DNA from: an uncultured delta proteobacterium
GTDB taxonomy: Bacteria > Desulfobacterota > Desulfomonilia > UBA1062
Length of the DNA stretch: 64,000 nt
Assembly (NCBI GenBank): GCA_963785235.1
Contig: CAWAUM010000010.1
Span: forward strand, 192,001 to 256,000
Reading direction: 5' to 3'
Numbering within the stretch: the first letter of the stretch is position 1; every line of letters starts with the position of its first letter. The notes beneath the pieces are model-generated. The model searched no databases and was not told the DNA's origin. It saw nothing but the letters and a program-made list of their open reading frames with translations. This document shows, in pieces, positions 21,174-31,612 of this stretch. A program made the translations under genes and the position numbers.

Positions 21174-23062
21174 TTAGATAACAGGGTCAAAGGACTTTAC
21201 CAAAGAGATGAACTCATCGAGGGTAATTGTCTTCTGCTCGCCGGAGCGGTCCCGGATGTTTACGGTGCCATCAGCCACTTCGCGGTCGCCCACGATGACC
21301 ATGTAGGGGACCTTCTGGAGGCGCGCCTCGCGTATCTTGAAGCCGATCTTCTCGTTGCGGAGATCAAGCTCTGTCCTGATATCCTTATTCTTCAGGATAT
21401 CGGCGATTCCAGCGGCATAGTCGGCCTGTGCATCGGTGATGTTCATGACAACGGCCTGCACAGGCGACAGCCACACCGGGAAAGCGCCTGCAAAGTGCTC
21501 GATGAGCACGCCGATGAACCGCTCGATGGAGCCCAGGATAACCCGGTGGAGCATGACGGGCCGGTGCTTCTCGCCGTCCGAGCCGATATAGTGCGTGTCG
21601 AAACGCTCGGGCAGGTTGAAGTCGCACTGGATGGTGGCGCACTGCCATTGGCGGCCGATGGCGTCCTTGATCTTCACATCGATCTTGGGGCCGTAGAACG
21701 CCCCGTCCCCTTCATTGATGTCGTACGCAAGGCCCTTCTTGTTCAGCGAATCGATGAGCGCCTTTGTGGCCATCTCCCACATTTCGTCGCTGCCCATTGA
21801 TTTCTCAGGCTTGGTGCTGATCTCCATGGTGTATTCGAAACCGAAAACGGCCATCACCTCTTCGACCATGTCCATGATCGAGGTGATCTCATCGATGAGC
21901 TGGTCAGGCCGGCAGAAGATGTGCGCATCGTCCTGGGTGAACTGGCGCGTGCGGAGCAGGCCGTGGATGACGCCGGACTTCTCATGCCTGGTGACATTGC
22001 CCAGCTCGAAATAGCGCAGAGGCAGGTCGCGGTAGCTCCTCACCTTGGATTTATAGATCATGATGTGGGACAGGCAGTTCATGGGCTTGATGCCGTAGAG
22101 CTGGCCGTCCACCTCGGTGAAATACATATTCTCTTTATAATTGTCCATGTGGCCTGAGGTTTCCCACATCTTGCCCCGCAGGATGGCCGGGCCGTAGACG
22201 ATGTCGTAGCCCTTCCTGAAATGGATCTTCTTTTCGAAATCTCTCGAGCAGGCTCCTGAGCCTGCCGCCCTTGGGCATATAGATGACCATGCCCGGGCCC
22301 ACGTCGTCCGAGAACATGAACAGCTCGAGCTCCTTGCCGAGCTTGCGGTGGTCGCGCTTCTTGGCCTCTTCCAGAAAGTTCAGGTACTCTTTGAGCTCCT
22401 TCTCGGAGGCGAAGGCAGTACCGTAGATCCGCTGGAGCATCTTGTTCTTCTCGTCGCCGCGCCAGTAGGCGCCTGCAACGGACAGCAGCTTGAAGGCCTT
22501 GAGGAAACCGGCCGACGGCACATGCGGGCCCCTGCAAAGATCCGTAAAGGTGCCCTGCTCGTAGAGCGAGACCATGCTCACGTCATCGCCCAGATCATCG
22601 ATGATCTCCACCTTATAGGGCTCGCCCTTTTCTTCGAAGAAGGCCTTCGCCTCCTTTTTGGGCAGTTCCCTGCGGAGGAAAGGGGTGTCCTGCTTCACGA
22701 GCTCTGCCATCTTCTCTTCGATCTTTGCAAGGTCTTCGGATGAGAAGGGCGTCGCTGCGGTCGAAATCGTAATAGAAACCTTCTTCCGTGGACGGGCCGA
22801 TGGTGGGCCTGGCATCAGGGAAAAGGAGTTTCACCGCCTCTGCCATGACATGGGCCGTGGAATGACGCACAATCCCTACACCTTCTTTTGATTCCGCAAG
22901 GACGGTCTCTATTGTCTGACCATCTTTCAAACCGGTGGCGAGATCCACCAGGACCCCGTCCACACGCGCTGCAATCACGCGCTTGTCTTTGATAAGCTCC
23001 CGGACAACTGATGCCTCGCTCGTTCTGGCCTTGCCGTCAACGGTAACGGTGATTTCGGGCAT
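21174..23062 (-). CDS. thrS: Threonine-tRNA ligase, frameshifts near 22760 and 22230
   Basis: [58 protein letters not shown]. Confidence 0.96.
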
Positions 23063-23461
23063 ATCGACTCCCATGAAAGAATGGTAGACGCATATGGATA
23101 GGAAATTTGCGTTCTACCTTATTATTTTCAACGAGTTACTCCCATACAATGGCTGTAAGACGTCAGCTAGGAGGAATAACAAATATGGGAATGGATGTAA
23201 AGGGAAAGGTTGTTAATAAGAATAGATGGCCCGCATATTCATTTTCCACAGGTCTAATCCCACAGATACATTCGGGGCAAGGCCATCGAACTATAGAATT
23301 TCAGTTCCTTCGTTCAATATTTTTATTGGATCCCTTATGTGCCCAGAACTCTACTATCTTCTATCTGGGCTAATCATAATGAATGGTATGGAATCTTCGA
23401 CTGACAAAGAGGTTCACCACATTGTCTGGTTCGAGAAGCTCATCAAGAAGTCTATCTGTGT

Positions 23462-24196
23462 CTAGGTAAATCGGGCGTCATGGTCGGAATGTTTCTCTCC
23501 AAATGGGGAGGGGCGACGGGCGACATCCGCAAGATACACGAGAGAGAGGTAGTAAATGATAAGCTCCCGAAACTCGGAGATGTTTGATCGGAGTACCCCT
23601 GAGGTGTTGAAGCCGGAGTGGTTGAGGTAGACGGCCAATTTCGATAGGACAACCATTATAACGAGGGTGGCGATCGCCCAGCAGCTTGGCGCTAGGTACC
23701 GAAGGTAGGAGTTGCGCATGCGGATAGCGGCGATGGGCATCACAAGGAAAAGAAGAACCAACCCGAGGTCCACGCCAAGCTTGATTAGTTTATTGTTTCT
23801 TCCGATGTTGTGGATATTGCGGACCTGTGCCTGGTTTTCCGTTGGAATTCCATTAAGGATCTCCCAGAGATGTAACCCGTAGTCGATTTCCTCAAGGAAG
23901 ACGAATAAGGCCATCACGGCGATGATCACGAAGGCGGTCCGATCGACACGCGAAGGCTTGCGGAAAGCTGTCCTGGCTGAGATCACGAACATCCCGATGA
24001 GTAGGACGTTCTGGAGATTTTCAAGAGCACCGAATTCCCGGTTGAACGAGGGTGCCACAAAACCCTGAACTATGCTGTTTCCTGAGAAGAACAACAGGAT
24101 CAACCCACCGCAGATGCTGAAAGGCACTGCGACGTAGACGAGAAAACTTCGTGACCAGGATAATATGATTTCCCCTCCCTTTCGTTTTTCCGGCAC
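23462..24196 (-). CDS. Hypothetical multi-pass membrane protein
   Basis: About 6 hydrophobic segments; motifs LENLQ, FLEEIDYG, NIHN, SEFRE; AT-rich flanks. Confidence 0.7.
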   Translation of the reverse strand: MPEKRKGGEIILSWSRSFLVYVAVPFSICGGLILLFFSGNSIVQGFVAPSFNREFGALENLQNVLLIGMFVISARTAFRKPSRVDRTAFVIIAVMALFVFLEEIDYGLHLWEILNGIPTENQAQVRNIHNIGRNNKLIKLGVDLGLVLLFLVMPIAAIRMRNSYLRYLAPSCWAIATLVIMVVLSKLAVYLNHSGFNTSGVLRSNISEFRELIIYYLSLVYLADVARRPSPFGEKHSDHDARFT

Positions 24197-24720
24197 GACA
24201 AGGAACTAGGCATGAAACAAGGATAATCGCAACATTCCTTTGTGCCAGTAGCATTACCTTCCCTATGGTTAAATCTCCAACCTGTTGCTAGGTTGGCAGT
24301 GACTATAACCTATGTACTACAAGTATTAAAGGCTTCACCGTTATTATTCAAGAAAATATCGCCATCAATATAGCGACCTCCTCAATGTCTGTATCAGTGA
24401 TAAACAGGAGAATCATTGTAAGTGTGCATTGTGGAGATTGAAGATCTCTGCGATAAATGAATTCTTTTTAAATGCTAGATATCCGATGATTATAAAATAT
24501 CATCTGTGATTAAACAAGGCTAGCTCTGAGTGTCAAGCATGGCACATTATTTATTGTTTTGAAGATCCCAACTCAGTTTGTTGCCTGGAGCTAAGTCTAT
24601 ACTCTTATAAAAATATAAACTGTTAAAATTTCTTTAGATGTGGCCTGGTTAGTAGTCTTTCCTTGATTTTCGCACGATATATTTTTATTCTGGGACTATC
24701 CAGTCTTGATGAGGATAATC

Positions 24721-25664
24721 ATGTGGGTAAATCTCTGATTTGTACGCTATTGATAATGCTTGCCATGTCCTTTGGAGGTTGTGCGCCCGTGGATCTATAT
24801 CGCTCCCACCTGCTCTTTCAAGAGGGTTCATACAATTCGGGCGTATCCATAACCTGGCTTGGCACTGCCGGGGTGCTGATATCGGACGGACAGACAGGCA
24901 TTCTGATCGACCCCTATGTCAGTCGGTTCAGTTTATCCAAGGTGGTCCTGGGCGCGGCATTGCGTCCGGACCAGGACCTGATCCGGCAGTGGGTCAAGCG
25001 CTTGGGGGCTGCCAATATAAATGCCGTGATAGTCAGCCATTCCCACTTCGACCACTCCCTCGATGCGCCTTATTTCGCCATGGAAACAGGCGCACCGCTT
25101 CTGGGATCGGAGAGCACGCTCAATATAGGGAGGGGGGCAGGTCTGCCGGAAACACAACTCATGGTAGTTCAGCCAGGCCGGGTTATCAGCGTGGGCAATT
25201 TTTCCCTCAACGTTATTGAAAGCAGGCATGGGCCGGCCCTGTTCGGACGGGTGCCATACCCTGGGACAATAGACCATCCGCTAACCCCCCCGCGGCCTGC
25301 CCGTGACTATAAGCTGGGCATCACCTATGCAATCCTGATCAAACACCCGTGCGGCACTATCCTGCACCACGGGAGTGCCGGATTCCTTCCGGGCATGTAT
25401 GCGGGGATAAAGGCGGATGTAGTACTCCTGGGCATCGCCGGACGAGGTGATACCCAAGCCTACCTATCGGAGGTTCCACTCAAGGTCAAGTCCCGGGTAG
25501 TGATCCCTATCCACTTTGATGATTTCTTCAAACCTCTGGAAGAGGGATTGTCATTCCTGTATACTGGACAATTTGCAGAGTTCTGCGCCACGTCTGATAA
25601 ATCATCCTTTGCGATCAAGACCGCCCCGCTCGGCAGACAGGTACGGATACTTCCACTAAACTGA
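24721..25664 (+). CDS. Metallo-beta-lactamase-fold hydrolase, probable lipoprotein (start approximate)
   Basis: WLGTAG, LIDPY, SHSHFDHSLD, PIHFDDF; lipobox-like FGGC. Confidence 0.85.
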
Positions 25665-25799
25665 TCTACGGAATGTATTGCAGGAAACACGGGAACGGGT
25701 CAAACCAAGGAAGCCTTGATCAGGCGTACTTTGCCAAATGTCCCTGCCAAAAAGAACCCAAGGGGACACCCTGAAAAATGCCATGCCGGCAGTGGGCTG

Positions 25800-26885
25800 C
25801 TATGCCTTCCTTGCCTTCAGGTATTCCCCCACCCGGTTCAGGCCTTCCTCGATCTTGTCCACATCGAGTGCATAGGAGAAGCGCACACGGTCGGGCGCGC
25901 CGAACCACTCGCCGAGATAGGTGATGACCTTGTGGTCATGGAACATATCCCATACGAAGTCCTTAGGATTATCGATCTTGGGGAGTACGTAAAAGGCCCC
26001 TTCCGGCTTCCAGAGATCGAGCCCGAGCTCGACCATGCCCTTGTAGATCATGTCTCTGCGCGATTCCCAAATCCTGAGCTGATCGTCGACATAGCTTTTG
26101 GGCACCGTGGTGGCGGTATAGGCCATTTCCTGGGCAATGATGCTCGTGTTCATGGAGGTATGGGACTTCATCTCGATGACCATCTTCACCAGCTCCTGGT
26201 CAAGGGACCAGAGATACCCCACCCGTAGGCCCGTCATGGCAAAGGTCTTTGAAAATGAATTGATGGTGACCACATGGGGGCCCTTGATCAGATAGTTTTC
26301 CCGCACATAGATCAGGTCCTTGTAGACCTCGTCGGACAGGACATAGACGCCGTATTCCTCCGCGATCTTTTCGATCTTCTTGAGGGTCTCGATGGCCTCG
26401 ACCCTGCCTGTGGGGTTCGACGGCGAGTTGATGAGCACGGCCTTGCAGTCCTTGATCTTCCTCTCGAAGTCCTCGTACACGACCCTGCCATCCTTGAGGT
26501 CAGTGAAAACAGGTTCGAACCCTGCATATTCCACCAGGGGCAGGTAGGAATAATAATAGGGACGGCACAGCAGGCATTTCGGCTTGCCGCCCCCCTTCTT
26601 CTTCTGGATCCATGCAATGGCCCTCAGCGCCAGATCAAGGGCTTCGGAGGCGCCGTTGGTAATGACGAAGCTGTCTGCCGTGGAGCGCGGATACTGCTTT
26701 GCCAGGGCATCCCTCAGGTTTTCCTGGCCCTGGATGAGTCCATACTTGAAGCCGTTGTAATCCGGCAGGATATCGTACACCTCTTGCGGCGGCGGCAGGT
26801 CAGGCTGGCCCGAACCGAACGAGATGATTCCCTCGCCCCGAACGCCGATGAACATCGCTGCAGTCAGATCCCTATTCCCACTCAT
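25800..26885 (-). CDS. PLP-dependent aminotransferase class I/II
   Basis: NSPSNPTG, SDEVY, NSFSKTFAMTGLRVG. Confidence 0.93.
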   Translation of the reverse strand: MSGNRDLTAAMFIGVRGEGIISFGSGQPDLPPPQEVYDILPDYNGFKYGLIQGQENLRDALAKQYPRSTADSFVITNGASEALDLALRAIAWIQKKKGGGKPKCLLCRPYYYSYLPLVEYAGFEPVFTDLKDGRVVYEDFERKIKDCKAVLINSPSNPTGRVEAIETLKKIEKIAEEYGVYVLSDEVYKDLIYVRENYLIKGPHVVTINSFSKTFAMTGLRVGYLWSLDQELVKMVIEMKSHTSMNTSIIAQEMAYTATTVPKSYVDDQLRIWESRRDMIYKGMVELGLDLWKPEGAFYVLPKIDNPKDFVWDMFHDHKVITYLGEWFGAPDRVRFSYALDVDKIEEGLNRVGEYLKARKA

Positions 26886-27031
26886 CCGTTTCCCTCCTGT
26901 AAATACCCAAGGTATCCCCCCGATTCATTCCACATTGAATCATGATTTAAGGCTAACCGGGACGTACGTCAATACTTTCAATAACTCCTTTGGATATGGA
27001 GGAAGGAATTCCGGGCTTGCTCTTGTGAAAA

Positions 27032-27106
27032 TGGTAGGCACGCGCGGATTTGAACCGCGGACCCCCACCGTGTCAAGGTGGTGCTCTCCCCCTGAGCTAC
27101 GTGCCT
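27032..27106 (-). tRNA. tRNA-Val(GAC)
   Basis: 75-nt cloverleaf aggcacg...cgtgcct-acca; anticodon arm ccacc-ttGACac-ggtgg; ggttcaaatcc T arm. Confidence 0.97.
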
Positions 27107-27332
27107 GTGTCAGGTGTTCTCGATATCCTGTATCTCTGCTGCTTGTCAACTGTTTTTCACCATGAAAATGGCCTGCCAGGGCTCTTATGGCCTGTGATTG
27201 GAATGTTCTTCAACTGCCCTGTTACCTATGATTATCTCAAGCAGAGTATATCCTTGTGGTCCACGGGTTTGCTTCCCCCATCATCATATGATAGACATGG
27301 CGGACATTGAAGAAATGCGAAAGGCTTGTGAC

Positions 27333-27915
27333 TATGAATATCACCCCATCCGAGATCGCCTTTGACTTTGACGGCGTAGTGGCCGACACCTTCAGGTTCT
27401 TTATTAAGCTTGCCAGGGAAAGCTACCATTATGACATCAACTATGACGACATCACGGATTACCTTTTCCTGAACTCCGTGGCCATGGACAAAAAGCACGC
27501 CATGGAGATCATTGACATCCTCACCAATGATCTCCATGAAATCGACATCCGGCCCAATGAAGGTGCCGGTGTTGTGCTGGGGCGTTTCACTGCCGTTGCC
27601 CCCCTGCTCGTTGTTACCGCAAGACCCTATGCCGAACCTGTAGAACTCTGGTTTGCCAGGCATATACCCACGGTCTTACCCGGGTGCCTGCGTATAGAGG
27701 CGACGGGCGCGAGTACTGCAAAGCTCGAGGTCCTTCAGAAAAATAATATCAGATATTTCATCGACGACCGCCTGGACACCTGCCATATACTCCAGGAGGC
27801 AGGTATCACGCCCATCGTCTACAACCAGCCATGGAACCGTCATCCCCACCCTTTCCTGACCGTAAATAATTGGGAAGAGATTGAATCCATCATGAACATG
27901 GAAACGGATTCATGA
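27333..27915 (+). CDS. HAD-superfamily hydrolase (5'-nucleotidase NT5C-like)
   Basis: FDFDGVVAD, VTAR, FIDDR, YNQPWN. Confidence 0.85.
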
Positions 27916-27982
27916 TGTTAAACAGCTTCTGGAAAAACAGTGTGTTCCGTGGTAGTGTACTCGTGGTCTCACAGGAACAGCC

Positions 27983-28546
27983 ATGAAGAAGGACTGGAAC
28001 TATCTCTATTCCAAGACCGTGTTCAAGAACCGGCTTGTGAACGTCCGCCAGGACAAATACCACTTCCTGCCCAATGACATCATCAAGGACTTCACTGTCT
28101 TCGAGCTGGAAGACTGGGTGAACATCATCCCCATCACCGATGACGGTTACGTGGTGACGATCCGGCAGTATCGCCACGGGGTCAGGAGAGACACCCTGGA
28201 GATACCGGGCGGCCTCATTTCCGAAACTGATTCGAGCCCCATGGAGGCTGCGGTGCGCGAGATGACCGAAGAGACCGGGTACATCAGTACCGATGTGGTG
28301 CACATCGGTACGGTGGAACCGAATCCGGCGCTGCAGACCAACCGGTGCTTTTCATACCTGGCCAGGAACTGTTACCTTGCATCAGGCCAGATGCTGGATC
28401 CCACGGAAGCCATCCAGGTGGAACTGAATAAAAAGGAAGATATCTACAAGATGATCCAGGGACAGAAAATCACGCATGGCCTTGTGGTAGCGGCCTTTGC
28501 GCACCTGCTCATCTATGAAATGGACCGGGGCAAATCGAAGATCTGA
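27983..28546 (+). CDS. NUDIX hydrolase (ADP-ribose pyrophosphatase-like)
   Basis: QYRHG, EIPGG...EAAVREMTEETGY Nudix box. Confidence 0.92.
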   Translation: MKKDWNYLYSKTVFKNRLVNVRQDKYHFLPNDIIKDFTVFELEDWVNIIPITDDGYVVTIRQYRHGVRRDTLEIPGGLISETDSSPMEAAVREMTEETGYISTDVVHIGTVEPNPALQTNRCFSYLARNCYLASGQMLDPTEAIQVELNKKEDIYKMIQGQKITHGLVVAAFAHLLIYEMDRGKSKI

Positions 28547-28569
28547 TTCTCTTGCACCTGATCAGATTG

Positions 28570-28848
28570 TTTAAATCCGGATTTCGCGTTTGGATGTACC
28601 CATAATTTCTTCATGCCTCTATGGCCTTAAGCACAGCACTCATAGTAAGCATGGAACTGTTCTTTAAATAGGTCCGTTAAAAACATGCATCTTGCAGCTT
28701 TCAGGTCCGACAGAATAAGCATAGAGCAAAGGCTGCAAGATGCATGTTTTGAACGGATCAGGTTTCTACACCTCTTAACCGCTAAATCCGGGTTAAATTG
28801 AACCGTTCAAATCGATGAGTTCCACCGGAACTCATCGATTTGAACGGT
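28570..28848. repeat. Cluster of nested inverted repeats between convergent genes
   Basis: Imperfect outer IR near 28571/28776; inner IR 28673-28698/28732-28757; perfect 22-bp IR 28802-28848. Confidence 0.8.
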
Positions 28849-28905
28849 CTTAGTAAAAGACTCCTACCTAACTCCCATACCGAGAAGATAGCAACTAACA
28901 GTGCA

Positions 28906-30939
28906 TCACTTCTGGTACATCTTCTCGATCCTGTCCTTGTATTTGTCCAGCACCACCTTGCGCTTCACCTTCATGGTGGGCGTCAGTTCACCTGTTGCCT
29001 CGCTGAAAGTGGCATCCAGCACCTCGAAATACTTGACCTGCTGGTAGTGGGCCAGGGTCTTGTTCACCGCATCCACCTCGGCCCTGATGAGGGATTGTAT
29101 CTCCGGACTGCTCACCAGGGCGGTGTTGTCGGCAAAGGCGATGCCCGTTTTCCTGGCATAGCTCGACAGGCTCTTGAAATCGGGCACGATGAGCGCCGTG
29201 AGGTATTTCCTGCCGTCACCCACAAGGCAGGCCTGTTCGATGAACGACCTTGCCTGGAGCGCTACCTCGATGGGGTGAGGTGCGATATTCTTGCCTCCCG
29301 AACTCACGAACAGGTCCTTTTTGCGGTCCGTAATGAGCAGGAATCCTTCGCTGTCAAAGTGTCCGATGTCACCGGTCATGAAGAAGCCGTCTTCGGTGAA
29401 GGCTGCCTTGGTGGCCTCAGGCATCTTCCAGTATTCCCTGAACACCTGGGGCCCCTTTACCAGGATCTCGCCGTCGCCAGCGATCTTTTCCTCGGTCAAG
29501 GCCACCGGCCTTCCCACGGTGCCCGGCTTCACCCTGAGCTTGTAAACAATTGTGGAGTAGCAGACCCCGAGCTTGGCTGCAGATACAGGATTTGCATAGG
29601 GAGAAATTCCTTGAGATTGCTTGACCACCAGGAGGTCCAGCACCATATCCATGATCTTATCAAAGAACCACTGATAGAGCTTTCCATGCTGGACAGAGTC
29701 CATGATCTCGGGTTCGTTGAAATTGATCACCGGGCTTGTCTCGGTGAGCCCGTACCCCTCATTGAGCTGGATGTTCAGGGACCGGAAGAATACACACACC
29801 TCTTTCGAGAGCTTGCCCCCTCCTGAAATCGCAACGACAAGCCTGTCCATGCCCATCATCTTTTTCATCCTATCAAACACAAGCATGTTGGCGATCCCAA
29901 AGCCCATGAGGTCCACCTGGGATATCCTTTTCCCGCTTGCCATGGCATCGGTGTATATCTCACCCTTACCCAGTGCCCATCTGAAAATTTTCCGATAGAC
30001 CGGTTTCTGCTTGGCTATGATTGCGTTGATGGTCTCATAGGTCTTCTCATAAAACATGGGGATGGACGAGATGATATTCGGCCTCACCTCCAGCAGGTTC
30101 TGGGCTATTGCCTGATAACCCTCTGCAAAGGCCAGGGTGCCCCCCAGGTAGAGCCCTGTCAAATGGTAATCACTCGAGCGGCCCATGACGTGGCATAAAG
30201 GCAGATGCACCAAGGCCGTAAGATGGACATCCTTTTTCTTCATGCGCACCATAAGCTCGGACCCGGATGCCTGATGGATGTTGGAAACGAAATTCGAATG
30301 GGTAAGCACGACCCCTTTGGATCTGCCGGTGGTGCCCGAGGTATAGATGATGGCGGCAATCGTCTCGGGTGTGACGGATTTTATGCGTGATTCTATCTCT
30401 TCTTCCGCCACCTTTTCCCTGCCCAGTTTCATGATGTCCATGAAGCTGTAGAGATTTTCCTGCGGGGCCCCGACACATTCCTCCATGGAGATTACCGGCA
30501 TGGACTTGAGGGCTTCATGGGCATCCCTGAGACTGAGGAACTCATCGGCCTTGGTACGGTTGGATACGATAGCCATCTTTGATTCGCTGTCTATGACCAT
30601 GAACAAGAGGTCATCCCTGCTCAGGGTGGGATAGAGGGGGACCCCGGTCGCTCCGCACGCCTGGATGGCCTGGTCTGCAATGATCCATTCGGGCCTGCTC
30701 TCTGCAAAGATAACGCAGTGGTCACCCTTGTTCAGGCCCAGCAAGGCAAGCCCCCTGGCCAGGTCCAAGGCCTGCCTCCTGGCCTGCCTCCATGTTGTCT
30801 TTCTGAAGGTGGTGATGGGTTTGCCGTATTCGTCGAATTTTCCCATGAGGAAGACATGGTCTTCACCAAGCTTCAATGCCTGGTTGTGAAACAGCCCGCA
30901 AAGTGTATCATCCCGGTATGACATAGATCCCCCATGCAA
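28906..30939 (-). CDS. Long-chain fatty acid-CoA ligase
   Basis: IYTSGTTGRSKGV, EGYGLTETSP, FMTGDIG, ITDRKKD, GELTPTMKVKR. Confidence 0.92.
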   Translation of the reverse strand: MHGGSMSYRDDTLCGLFHNQALKLGEDHVFLMGKFDEYGKPITTFRKTTWRQARRQALDLARGLALLGLNKGDHCVIFAESRPEWIIADQAIQACGATGVPLYPTLSRDDLLFMVIDSESKMAIVSNRTKADEFLSLRDAHEALKSMPVISMEECVGAPQENLYSFMDIMKLGREKVAEEEIESRIKSVTPETIAAIIYTSGTTGRSKGVVLTHSNFVSNIHQASGSELMVRMKKKDVHLTALVHLPLCHVMGRSSDYHLTGLYLGGTLAFAEGYQAIAQNLLEVRPNIISSIPMFYEKTYETINAIIAKQKPVYRKIFRWALGKGEIYTDAMASGKRISQVDLMGFGIANMLVFDRMKKMMGMDRLVVAISGGGKLSKEVCVFFRSLNIQLNEGYGLTETSPVINFNEPEIMDSVQHGKLYQWFFDKIMDMVLDLLVVKQSQGISPYANPVSAAKLGVCYSTIVYKLRVKPGTVGRPVALTEEKIAGDGEILVKGPQVFREYWKMPEATKAAFTEDGFFMTGDIGHFDSEGFLLITDRKKDLFVSSGGKNIAPHPIEVALQARSFIEQACLVGDGRKYLTALIVPDFKSLSSYARKTGIAFADNTALVSSPEIQSLIRAEVDAVNKTLAHYQQVKYFEVLDATFSEATGELTPTMKVKRKVVLDKYKDRIEKMYQK

Positions 30940-31283
30940 GATTTTTTCTGAAGAATTGCATTGACTTTCAGACCGGATAGATCATGGCTGGAAAGCATTC
31001 TATTACATCCCCGTTGAGCGAATGAACACCTCCATTGCACATGCAACGGGACAAGCCCTCTTCCATGAAAGAGCACAGTCCATAAAGCCGTAGGTGCATT
31101 GTATTCAAACTTTGATAAATTGCAATTGCGAATATCGTTGTGTACCAAAGCGCATTAAGTGGTCCGCAGATGGACAGCAACCACCCTAAGGCTCTGATCT
31201 GATTGTGATCACAGGTGATTTTCCCCTTGAGATTGCAGGTCAAACGGCCGTATAATAACAAGCATATATGAGGAGGTGCGCAT

Positions 31284-31544
31284 ATGGCTGATGAAAAGAA
31301 GCTCATCGGGAAAGTGACCCACTTTTTCAGCAAGATCAATGTCGCCGGCATCCAGCTCAGTGACACACTCAAGGTCGGGGAAAAGATCTCTATCGTCGGG
31401 GCAACCACGAACTTTGAAGAGAACATCGATTCCATGCAGATCGACAACAAGTCAGTAATAGAGGCCAAGGCAGGAGATCTCATCGGTATCAAGGTGAAGG
31501 ACAAGACCAGAGTCGGCGACGACGTCTATCTTATTGCCGGCTAA
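31284..31544 (+). CDS. Small beta-barrel protein (translation elongation factor-like / U32 peptidase C-terminal-like)
   Basis: GGAGG RBS; IGKVTHFFSKINVA...SMQIDNKSVIEAKAGDLIGIKV. Confidence 0.8.
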   Translation: MADEKKLIGKVTHFFSKINVAGIQLSDTLKVGEKISIVGATTNFEENIDSMQIDNKSVIEAKAGDLIGIKVKDKTRVGDDVYLIAG

Positions 31545-31612
31545 ATCAATCTGGTTCTCAATGGGGTTGCATCCCCGGAAGTTATGGGTGCATCGAACTG
31601 CATACTCAGGCT

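Noticed and set aside
21174-23062. Frameshifts in thrS, infC and prfC as programmed frameshifting or pseudogenisation
   Set aside because: Essential genes are hit and indels are widespread, often at homopolymers; long-read consensus error is the simpler explanation.
27333-28546. HAD plus NUDIX pair beside the tRNA as a nucleotide-depletion defence system
   Set aside because: Both look like ordinary housekeeping enzymes, lie upstream of the tRNA and have no defence context.
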